Below are positions 12,204 to 23,271 of a DNA stretch of 64,000 nucleotides, in pieces (positions within the stretch are counted from its first letter, which is position 1; every line of letters begins with the position of its first letter). The notes below the pieces were generated by a model, which had not been told where the DNA came from, did no database searches, and worked only from the letters and a program-made list of their open reading frames with translations. A program made the translations under genes and the position numbers. This DNA is from Adineta vaga (taxonomy: Eukaryota > Animalia > Rotifera), in NCBI GenBank assembly GCA_021613535.1, contig CP075494.1:372001-436000 (forward strand), given 5' to 3'.

Positions 12204-14155
12204 CCATTGACAGAAATGGTTCTTTCGAACAAATTTTGATGTTAAAATACTAATATTGTTTCTAACTGCTAAATGTTTATTCAGAACAAAAGATTAGTAT
12301 AAAACGAAAACTTAAATCGTATAAGTGAATTAATGATATCTACCTAAGGATGAAACGGTTGTAGTACTTGATGTTATAATTGAACATGATGTAAGTCTAG
12401 GATCACTTGATATTATCCATTCGGCACCATTCCATTGATGCCACTAATGGATATCTTTTTGCCGATAAACAATTTTATTCCAATATAACAACATTTCATA
12501 TTTATCGTTGTCATCGCGGTTACCATTACGATACACATGACCACTCTGCCAGATCGTCCAATTGTTGCCTTGGGTATCATAAATACTGTGATACTCATTG
12601 TTAGGTTTAACAGTTTCATTATGACGTGATTCTATATTTCATAAACTTACAATATATGTGAAAAAAAACTAACGTTAAAAATGATTTTTACATATTTTCC
12701 CTGTCTATGTGACATTATTATAATAATACCGATTTATAGTTACTCTGATTTTGTAAAAGTTCTTTATTGTTACAACTCGAAATAGTTTGAATATAATATT
12801 TATATAACTAACTCGTTCTATCTACAAAACTAAGTAATAACATAACATAAATTCATTTTATTATTATGACATATTTGAATGAAATAATCAAAAGTTTATT
12901 TCAAATAATGTTTCCCAATATTCTTCTTTTCTTATTTTAAGAAAAACAAAATCTTACCTGAAACAATTACAGAAATACATATACATAATATAATCGATAT
13001 GATTATATTTTTCTCGAACATTTTATACTAAAATTCAAGAATTGAATTCATAGAAGAAAATAATAAAATATATTTCATACCATATTCTAACAATGTTATT
13101 AAAGAAAATCTCCAACTGTTTCTAATTGAAATATTATTATTATATAGTCACTATTACAGCTTTTTTATTTCTTTGCTGACATAAAAAAAGTAATGTGAGA
13201 CTGTCAATAACTTCTCATATTTTTCTATTTAACGATAGTTGTTATAACACAAAATTGATATGGTAGTTAATACAAAATCAAAAAAGACTTGATTTTGTTT
13301 TGTTCGCTCACATTATTTACAAGTAAAACAAAAATATAATTATTTTTCTTTTTTGTCTAGAAAATATTATATTAAATCAAGTTAAAATCAATCATATTCA
13401 TCTACTCTGAAGATCAATTCTTTCTCGTAATTGATATTTTTCTTTCATATATTCTCTTCCAACCATGTTAGTAATATCACCCTTGATAATAAATACAAAG
13501 TACTTCAATTTTTAATAGCTTATTTTAAAGATTCATTCATTGTACAAATATGTTGTATTTTTTCGATATTTGTTTACGTAAAGATTTATAATGAATTAAA
13601 TCTTGATAAAATATAATTATTAAAGGAAGTGATTTTAATATTTTTCAAGGATTTTATCGACAAATTTCATACTTTTAGTTACAAATTTTACATTATCATA
13701 TAATGTATTTTTATAGATTTTATTGAGAAAATTGAAGAGATTTTGTTCACTAATTTAAAGTTTATAATATTTTTATCAGTTAGAATCATTATTGATGTGT
13801 AACATTTTCGATAAGAAAATAAATATTATTTATACATTATAATACGTCATTTTACGTTTAATGCACTTTAATATCTCTCTGTACTTTATGATTTATTTTT
13901 CTATAATAATTGATGTTTGTATACACGCAATTATATCATATAGACAATAGAAATAATAAAAAAGAAACGTTCTTTCAGTGTATCATTGTATAATCAACAT
14001 ATAAATAGAAAGTGGGTGTATCATCATGCGTAAGTTATGACGTATTTATTCATGAGTGTATATAATAACAATTATTCATACGATTTGATCACAAATATCT
14101 TAAACATTGTTACCTACTAGAGTATTATTCAAATTAATATTCTAAAATTTATCTA

Positions 14156-14539
14156 ATGATGATGTCTTATACAATTAATCTTATGATATTATTATTTATG
14201 GTGTTTATGAGTGTTGTTTTATCAAATCCTATTACTAATTATACTCAAAGTAATAGAGGATGTGGACCTTTAGGAATAAATATCGATCCAATTCTTCAAA
14301 AAGAAGGTGTAGGAGGACTGACTCCTTGTTGTGTTCAACATGATGCATGTTATTCAACTTGTGGTACAACTCGAACTATGTGTAATGATGATTTTCGTAA
14401 TTGTACAACAAGTTTTTGTGCAACTCAACAGTCCTCATCATCATCTAAATGTCTTAAATATGCATCTGCTTTATACACTATCACATCAGTTCTGGGTATA
14501 CCATCATTCGAAATTAGTCAAGCAGTGGCATGTAATTAA
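14156..14539 (+). CDS. Secreted phospholipase A2 (group XII-like), intronless
   Basis: Signal peptide; GCG..LTPCCVQHDACYSTCG..CNDDFRNC with the CCxxHDxCY catalytic motif. Confidence 0.88.
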   Translation: MMMSYTINLMILLFMVFMSVVLSNPITNYTQSNRGCGPLGINIDPILQKEGVGGLTPCCVQHDACYSTCGTTRTMCNDDFRNCTTSFCATQQSSSSSKCLKYASALYTITSVLGIPSFEISQAVACN

Positions 14540-14687
14540 ACTTCTATAATAAATTAAATAGTATATTTTACTGTTTTAACTTGTCATTTCTAAATAAATG
14601 GGCTTTACATTCTAGAAAATATCGTTTTGACAATGAATATACGATTAAATGAATAATAAAAATAAGAAGTGTGGCAGTAATTAGTGA

Positions 14688-14748
14688 TGTGGGTGGGTGT
14701 GGGTGTGAATTCACACGAGGAAGATGCACACCCACACACACCCAAGAT
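14688..14748. repeat. HTE
   Basis: tgtgggtgggtgtgggtgtg-aattcacacgaggaagatg-cacacccacacacacccaagat. Confidence 0.85.
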
Positions 14749-14858
14749 GTTATAACAACTTGAAAAATGCTTTTTCGTTCATATAGGAACTTAAAAGCAA
14801 AAATCAACCAGAACAAACTCCAAAACGTTCAAAAAAAGCCCTTTACACAAATTATACT

Positions 14859-15350
14859 TTGTCTATGACGGTTGCTACTGTGACATGTGTATTAGAAGTA
14901 TTCTCAAGCATTACAGACTATCTGAGTTGGTTCGATCAAAACAAAAATAAATGTATCTTTATCATCACATCGAACACCATGGCAAGATTAGCTGTACCAT
15001 TGATTCTCGATAACTTTCGAGAAATATTCACTGATTTATTGACATATGGATTTCATTTGTCAATTTGTGTGTTTCGTGAAAATGATGGAGAGCAACTAGA
15101 TTGGGCATTTGATTATAGAAATAATATTCAAGTATTTGATTTTGATGAAGATCTGTTCGTTCGTTTGATACGTGATATTGCTGATTATCATGTTGCTGTT
15201 GGTAAACATATCCTGAAAGTTCTCTGTCACATATTGCAGCTGTTCATCGTCGATTTTCTTGGGCAGAAAAACTATATGGTCGGTATTGCGACATAGAAGG
15301 TGTCTTTTTGAAGGAAAAATTCGATGAAATCAATGTACTTCTTGGAAAAT
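14859..15350 (+). pseudogene. Fragment resembling the N-terminal domain of bdelloid ART/TPR-type proteins
   Basis: DYLSW..KCIFIITSNTMARLAVPLI..ICVF..WAFDY..IQVFD pattern; frameshifted end; lies between two HTEs. Confidence 0.4.
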
Positions 15351-15662
15351 GAAACATAAGTAATGCAGCTAAACACTAACTCTGCCAAAAGCAAAATGTG
15401 AAACGCAAAATAGTAAATGTGCAATAAGTTAAGGGTAATTGAAGACTATGCCTTTGAGACACTATTAACATTTAACATATTATTGTATTATTGTAATATT
15501 TTCTCTTCTCATCTGATTGACAACGATTTGCGTTCACATCAGATCCTGTGCTTTCGTTTCATTTTTCAACAGTTATGAGATTGTCTATCTCTTCAATGTA
15601 GTCCTGATTGATTTGAATATTGAATTTTAAGATATTCTTCACTTTTTCGAAATAATCTGTTG

Positions 15663-15723
15663 CTTGAGGGTAGGTGTGAGTGTCGCTGAGAATGAGGATA
15701 TGAAGTTATGGCGCACATCCACT
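15663..15723. repeat. HTE (C arm eroded)
   Basis: cttgagggtaggtgtgagtgtcgctgag...cacatccact. Confidence 0.6.
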
Positions 15724-16491
15724 ATGATTTTCAATAAAGAGAAAATTCCCAACACCTGTCATTCCCGGACTGATGCACGAAATCGACAAAAAATAATTTT
15801 CATTTCGAACATCCGGACACGTTACTATAGGTATTCGGAATGGGTGGTACGAAACGTAGTTAACCCGAATTTGGCGCTTGACTTTGAGTACTTTGTGTTT
15901 TCAAATTATTGTCGATAGGTCTTGAATAGTATTCGTAAATCTTCTAAATGATAATATCGTCTAATAAAATATATAGTTCAAATTGATAATGGAATAGAAG
16001 TGTAGATAAGAGAATTTATCGAAATATTAAATACGGTTTTATACGAATTTGATATCATCTATTGCTAAAAGTTATAGTTCTTTTTCTCTTCCTTATTGCT
16101 CAGATAGGCCCTGTTTGTATATGCTTCCTTGACCTGTTCTTTTGCTCTTATATAAACTGTTAACAAATATGAAAACTCTGGTATTTTTCTTTCCATTTTT
16201 TTTTCTTCTCTTGATGAAAAAAATGACTTTGAGAATTGTTACGCATCGTCATAGTAGACGTTTCTCTTTTTCTCGTCAGTGAAGATATATAAATGATGGA
16301 ATATGAAAATGAGAATTTTCTCCATTCTTTTCTTTGTTCAACTTGACGATAACGATGGTAACAGAAGAAAAAGAAAATATATTTATCTGTAGTATTTTTT
16401 CCTCCTCATTCTTAGTCGAGAAACCAGTAAATTTAGTCGACATTTATTTCTTTTTTTGATTTTTACGTTTAAAAGAAATACTGGTTTTGTA

Positions 16492-16967
16492 ATGAGCCAT
16501 CCACACGGTACATTAGAAGTTACTATTGTCGAAGGTCGTCATCTCAAAGATGAAGATGTTGTGGGTAAAAATGATGCTTATGTTGAAGTTTATGTAGACA
16601 AAGATTATAAACAACGAACAACTACTGTTCACAATTCGAATAATCCAACATGGAATGAAAAATTTATCTTGTAAGTTTAGCTTTTTATTAGATTTTATTT
16701 AATATTTTCATTTAAGTAATTTACGAAAACATGACGATGATTTACATTTACATGTATATGATGATGATGTAGTTGGTCGAGATTCTGTTGGTTCAGCAAA
16801 GATTGATTTAAAAAAACATGTCTTTAGTAAAGGACGTTATGATCAATGGGTTAAACTACCAGCTATGTTAGGTCTTCGTTCTAAAGGTGAAATTCATATT
16901 ATTATTGAACATCATGTAAGAAACCTTGTTTTTTTCTCAAATATTGATATTTATATTTTAGCCATGA
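16492..16967 (+). CDS. Single C2-domain protein (3 exons: 16492-16670, 16717-16915, 16962-16967)
   Basis: GTLEVTIVEGRHLKDEDVVGKNDAYVEV..NPTWNEKF..HVYDDDVVGRDSVGSA; Ca-binding Asp positions present; GT-AG introns keep frame. Confidence 0.9.
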
Positions 16968-17106
16968 TACAAATTTATACTTCGAACTTTATTTATCCAT
17001 TATTAGTTTTCAAGTAGTACACAACTAGTATTTCTAAATTCAATTTCACAATAAAAATCATGCTTTTTGTAATTTATTTCAAACCTAATTGTTATACTTC
17101 ATAAAT

Positions 17107-17216
17107 GAGTGGTGTCACATATTCCGCAGATCGGGGACGCACCCTCATCTCTCTCACGAGACGAGCTGATCTCCGATGAGAGATGCAGCATTTTGTGCGG
17201 GATATATGTCATTGCT
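17107..17216. mobile_element. Short MITE family with TIR gagtgatgtcacatatcccg; other copies at 35058-35145, 42711-42833 and a half copy at 60844-60862
   Basis: Shared inverted ends gtcacatat / atatgtgacatcactc in three full copies; GAG..CTC ends resemble Sola-type elements. Confidence 0.65.
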
Positions 17217-17367
17217 GAAAAAAAATGTAAGAGGTAATTAATCATTTAGAGATAATACGAAGTTTTATTTTAGCAATACAAACATTAAATTCCATCATCT
17301 ACAAACATAAAGCAAAAAGCCTCTTTCAAAACATTGATTTGTTAATTATACGAAATAGATGTTCAAA

Positions 17368-20060
17368 TTAACTACGTGAGAAAAATGCACGACATTTTTT
17401 GTTGATTTCTTGTACTGCTGCATGAAATTCTCCACTATAATTTTTTGATGGTAATATAAAAACAATGAATGTTAACATTGACGGAATAAATGAAAGAAAA
17501 TAACCAATAAGTTGTAACCATGGTTGACGTGCTGATCTCATACATCCACTGATGAATGAAATAATTAATCGTGGTAAATTTAATAAAATTAATAAACAAG
17601 GTGAGATTAATAAATGTCGATGTTGATCAAGTTGATGTCTAAGATGTTGTTTATATGGTTGATCACGTTGAACACCTGCTCGACTTCGTGCTAAAGACAA
17701 GATTAACCAAATTGCTGAAAAAACATTAATTATAAAAGGAATTAAAAAATGAAACAATGTTATAAATGAATTATAAATGTTCATTGAAGGTAAATATTGA
17801 ACTAAACACCAAATTCTTGGTTGATCTATATCGATATCATCAACTAATTCACGATGAAGAGGATCATGAATATATGTTAAGATAATCAATATAATAACAC
17901 ATATTATTATCCATTTTGATAATTCTTTACTTTTCTTTTTATCAAAACTAGTATTTTGTTTCACACTAATTGCTCTTTCAATTTGCAACACATCCATTTA
18001 ACCATTCACGTGTTACTAAAAGAACTTTGAGTATAAAATCTAAGATAATACAATGAATTTGAAGAATAATTCGATTATTTATTGTTGATATTTGAGAAAG
18101 AACAAAAAACCAAAATTTATATGTAAAAATAATTATCATCAATATTGAACTAATCGATGAGATCAATAGATAATTTTTAGTTCCAACTTGTCTTGGATTA
18201 TTTCTTCCAAATGTAATAATTGATAAAGATCCATTAATTAATCGTATAATAAATATAATTGTATTTATAATTATACTTATTTGAATAATTAATGGTTGTC
18301 GAATAATTGAAACGTTTAGTTGAATATGATATCCAAGAATTGGATCAAGTGAAAACATATAACTTGAAGTTGAATATTGACATCGTTCACCATAATAACA
18401 ATCTTGACATATACAAGACAACTTTGATGGACATAACTTTCGATTTTGAAAACATTGACCATCATTTTTACAAAAATGATTACCTTGACAATCATTTTTT
18501 TCTGTATAATTAAAAGCAAAACAATTAGAAAAACGATTAACATCACAAATACACATTAAATCATTATCATCACAAAAGCATTTCAATTGAGAATATTGTT
18601 GACATAAAAGTGGATAAGATTTTATTTGTCGAAGAGGTTCATATTGTAAAAATATACTATTAAAAAGTTCTTTAATATGAAAATAACGATCTTTGAGTTG
18701 AACTTCTGTTGAAATATTTTCAGAAGGTAAATAAGTTTCACGAAGAACAACTAAATAATGTTCATGATTGGGAATTTGAACAGAAAGAATATTAAATGGT
18801 ACTGGTGCATAAACTATGATATTTGTTTGATCAAATGGAATCTTTTTTAATAAGATTGTTCGTTCATGTGGAATCGTTTCAAATGCTGTAATGAAATTTA
18901 CAAATATAAATGAAGTTTCAAATAATAATTCGAGTATTTCTATTTTCACATCGTTCACCTGAATATTCTTGTGGACATAAACAAGTAAATGTTGTTAAAC
19001 TAATACGATCATCTTGTGGAATACATATACCATTATGTTGACATCGATTGTTTAATGAATGACATATTGGATGTTTAATATAACAATATGAACCAAATTT
19101 ATATAAAGGACAAATACATATTGATGAACTAAGACAAATCGAATCTTTTGAACAATTACATTTATAAGTTGTATTACAATAAGTACCAGAATATCCTTGA
19201 TTACATTTACAAAAAGATGAAGAATTTTTATTTATATAACGCATACATTTGCCATGTTGTCCACATGAAAGAATACATGGTTGATTGTCTGATACTTCTG
19301 AAATTTGTAATTGAGTAGCAATTCGATTAACTGGTAGAAATAGAAATGGTATCGATAAATGCCAACTACCCCAATAATCTAATGTTTTCTTTTCATACAA
19401 ATCAATTCGAATTGAATAATTATTTGATAATAATTTTGGTTGTTCTGGATAAAGTAAATAAAGATTATATTTTGAATTACAATCACGAGTAGGTACATAA
19501 AGAATTTGTTCATAATATGGTGCAATGTATCCATTTTTATCAATGAGTATAATTATAATTTGAAATATAACAGAAGAAGATATAGCATTTATGCCATAGA
19601 AATTGAACAGTTAAACTAATACGTTGATTTTGCCATTGACATCGTGAACCAAAATAATTTGGAGGACACAAACATTGTTTTGTTTTATTTGAACCATATA
19701 GTACAAGAATACCACGAAAACAATACAATTCAAATTCACGATCACAATCTACTTGTAGCTTTTCATCTATTAGAGAAGTAATCTGTGTACTTTGATTTAG
19801 TTTAATGATCGATTGCATGGATATATTCAATGATAATGCCGGATAATAACCAAATTCTTTAGATAATAAAAAGTTAAAGGACATTGTAGGCTTATATCCT
19901 CCTAAACGGCAAAGATGCTCATTAGTTTGAAGGTTTTTAACAAATCTTCGATAGTTAACATGAGTTACTCGATGTCTAATAGAGCAAATATTCTCTTGAT
20001 CTGATGGTATTGGAAAATCATGATCCATATGACAAAGTCTATTATAAGTGAGACATTTAA
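17368..20060 (-). pseudogene. 5'-truncated, frameshifted EGF + 7TM receptor (paralog of 37096-42389)
   Basis: ORFs 19540-20028, 18918-19400, 17978-18958 and 17368-17997 carry CLCPPNYFGSRC, EGF repeats, RQVGTKNYLL and FIVFILPS motifs matching the intact paralog; frames overlap, so frameshifts. Confidence 0.85.
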
Positions 20061-20094
20061 CATTTTGCCAAGATAAATATTGGTCACTATAATA

Positions 20095-20780
20095 TTCGAT
20101 GTTCCATTGTAGAAATATATATCACGAAATACAGCGTGAAAAACACTACATTCTTCAAATAACAGCTAGTTTTGTAGTTGTACTTTTTATTTTCAAAATT
20201 AACAAAATTCAGAAGCAACTATTTGCTGAGCCAGAAAAAATGGGCCTCTCAATATTTGGAAGATTTCTACTTCATGATCGCTATGATTAAAGACCTTTTT
20301 ATTATGAAAAGATAGTGCTTAGAATTCTCTACAAAACTATATATGGCTAGGCCTAAAAACTGTTTTAGGTTTATCTGTAAAAAGAATGGAATATAAAAAT
20401 GTAAAAAAATCTCTCCTTCGACCAAAACAAATTTAAGTGTTGTATTTCATTTTTACAGCACCTGTTACCCTGTATTGAGCAATACAATATATCACAAGGT
20501 GCAGCATGAAAAGCTCTACAATGTATATAATACTGCTTATTTTATAATTGCACTTTTTGTTTTCAAAATGAACAAATTTTTGGGTGATCGAATTTCGACA
20601 ACACGAGGTGGCAGATCTTTTTGGTCCAAGAGGAATTTGTTTTTTTCCGATTTCATCTTTTTATAAGTGATCATTGTAAATTGGAGAACTTTTCACGCTG
20701 CATCTTGTGATATATTTTATTTTTTCGAAATAGTGTAATAGATGGTGTAAAAGTTAAATGCAGTATTTAACTTTATTTCG
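20095..20780. mobile_element. Degenerate repeat or DNA-transposon relic where the receptor gene breaks off
   Basis: Direct repeats atatatcacRARRTRCAGCRTGAAAA at about 20117 and 20487, with an inverted copy at about 20685-20716. Confidence 0.45.
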
Positions 20781-21747
20781 GCGCTGGGAGAATTATACAA
20801 TTTACTGATCAAATAACAAAAAAAATGAACCCAAATGCCGGTTGTATTATTATAACTACATTTTAAACATTTATAATTGATAATTTAATAGTCGACAGAA
20901 TTTTATTTAATAAAAACCGTGATAAATTTCACGTGTTCTATGAGATGTAATAATATTTAATGTACATTACTTTTTTCTCTTCTCTCAAATCAAAGAATGA
21001 AGAAGTAAATAACAACTAAAAGTCCTTCAAACCATTTTAGAAAGAAAAATATAATAAATTATCTTTAGTCAAAATTAAGTTGAATCTACTTTTGAACAGA
21101 GAAGATGTTTAATTCCATATGTATCGTTGATATTATTTATAGATTTCAGTTGTACAGATTTTTTCTAACTTTCCATTGACAAACAAGAATATGATTTAAA
21201 ACAAAAACATTATTTTTTATCGTCTATTCCTATGACCGTCAACTGTAAGATAGAGTCGACGAAGAAAAAAAATAATAAGTAATTGATTCCTTAATATACT
21301 TTTTAATATGTAGAAATTTATACAATCTGATGATTCATCATTTAACAGTGATGGAAACCGATTTGTGATACTTTTAGTTTTAAACTCACTCCTCACACCC
21401 TATCGCAGTTTGCCATCTAACCATCCGATATGACTAATAAGTGCTACTATAATTTGATCTTGTAATTTTTCGTAAATCATTGAGAATTTATGAATCCATT
21501 TGATGAGAAATTTAGCGAGTTCGAAACGCGTCATAATAGCTAGACTCACCCTCACCCTATAACAATGTAAATCATCTCAACTTGCTTTTTTAAAATCGAA
21601 TTAGAGATTAAGCCAAGTGACGAGGATCTTGGTCGAGTAGAAACACGCCTCTTGGTAGCTGTTCAGCGCTGCCCTCATTCTCATCCTGCCATCTAATAAG
21701 ACTTTAAAATAAATCGAAATCGATCATGACATTCTTTCTTCAAAAGT

Positions 21748-21788
21748 CACCTACACCCACATTCAGACACCCTCACCCTCACCCTCTC
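21748..21788. repeat. C-rich HTE half (smaller halves at 21385-21400 and 21545-21557)
   Basis: cacctacacccacattcagacaccctcaccctcaccctctc. Confidence 0.6.
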
Positions 21789-21891
21789 TTTATGAATACA
21801 GGCGGAATTTGATATAAAAGACTTAATAAGATGAACAATTTCATTATTTGTTTTGGTATTGCCAGCACAATCATAAAATTACATGGGAAAG

Positions 21892-22931
21892 CTACTCAGG
21901 TGACGAGAGAGCAGCAATTAAGTTCATTTCAAATTGTCCCATAAGTTGACACACATTGTCAGGAACTTTAGATTTCCTCCACACCATACCACATAGTATA
22001 TGTTGATCCACGTCCCACTGAAGTTGAATAATTTGTAAATGATCCTAATTGAATGATATAATCTATTTAAAAAAGACCAAATTCGATTTTCCGACTCGCT
22101 TACTTTGTAAGACCAATCCATTTCGATTAACAACGGTGTTTGATGAAACAGACCATCTATACTATAATGGCCAAAATTGTCTTTGCCAGAGCCTTTAATT
22201 TTCTTTGTATCCGCTTGAACGATGAGTTCACAATTAAAAGTACCTTGCCGTATTTTATTGATGCAACGGTTATAAGTCCAGATACCTGAATTGAAATCAT
22301 TGCTTTCTGACTGTTGCTGAGTATTCTAGAAAAACATGAAGATTTTAGAAAAATGATATCCTCCATTAAATTACGGTCAGGTGACCAGAAAAATTAGAAC
22401 ATTCATGATATGAGTAAGGGCAGCGGATTAATGAGCGAGCGTGTTAAAATCAATCGATTATTATCATAGACAGCTCAAGCGACATTTACAACAAACCTGT
22501 TCAATACTATCTCTTGAGCTTTCAATCACAGATAGCCTGGCGAATTCCATGCCAAGTTTCAAGTCACTCGTGAAACGTGATAATTTCTCATTCATTCTGG
22601 AAAACTGACGGCAATATTTTTCGTTATTCCAAATACGTTTTAAACCACTAGTATTTGCAAATTTCTCAATGAGTGCTTCACACTCTCTGAGAAACTCTGC
22701 GAAGGATCTTAACGTTCTTTCCATATGTTCACTCAGTATAACCTCTGGTAATGGCATTCTTAAGAACTCGACGATCATATCGACTCTTCCACTCAATTCA
22801 CGGCACTCTGTTTCATTGGCGTCCATTCTTTCGACTGTCTTTCGAATGGTCCCTGCTATCGTGAAAATATTTGATAACATAAAGCCAATAGGTTTCAAAA
22901 CATCACCTAATGCAGAATCTGTAGAGGCCAT
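21892..22931 (-). CDS. MLKL N-terminal four-helix-bundle-like domain fused to a beta-rich domain (exons 22931-22497, 22325-22104, 22044-21892; 269 aa)
   Basis: IRKTVERMDANETECRELSGRVDMI..LRSFAEFLRECEALIEKF..LKRIW..FSRMNEKL pattern; phase-0 GT-AG introns; exon 2 FNSGIW..KGSGKDNFGHYSIDG; open to TAG. Confidence 0.7.
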
Positions 22932-23271
22932 ATATTAAAGTTGGATGCAATAAGACAGGTGAATCACTGAATACTTACATTGTTCTTATATAGACAACAA
23001 CAATAGAATTCGTCATTGTTATTTATTCCCAATTCACTTTTTCTCTTTGTTTACTTTTCATGATAAAGCGAAAGCAACGCACTGCCGCCGGCTGAATGCT
23101 TTTATCGACTTACTCGTTTGATTGAAACCAAGGTGGGACAATAAATTTTCATTTTCTTGTGATTGATAGAATGAGCAACAGGCATCATTCAGAGTCTCTC
23201 CGCATTCTAAGCAAGTTCTCGTTTTAGAGTCCTGTGCTCATCGTGAGTCAAGGAGAATATTTTGCGCTACG

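Larger units (their letters stand above)
9761..13021 (-). pseudogene. Type I membrane protein: signal peptide, two Trp-rich beta repeats, Thr-rich stalk, EGF repeats, TM
   Basis: Signal exon MFEKNIIISIILCICISVIVS (ATG 13021); exon about 12631-12344 with in-frame TAG at 12444-12446; exon from 12104 (VENESKHG..); mucin exon from 10976; EGF/TM ORF 9761-10528. The phase-1 junctions checked are in frame; linkage into one gene is inferred. Confidence 0.6.
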
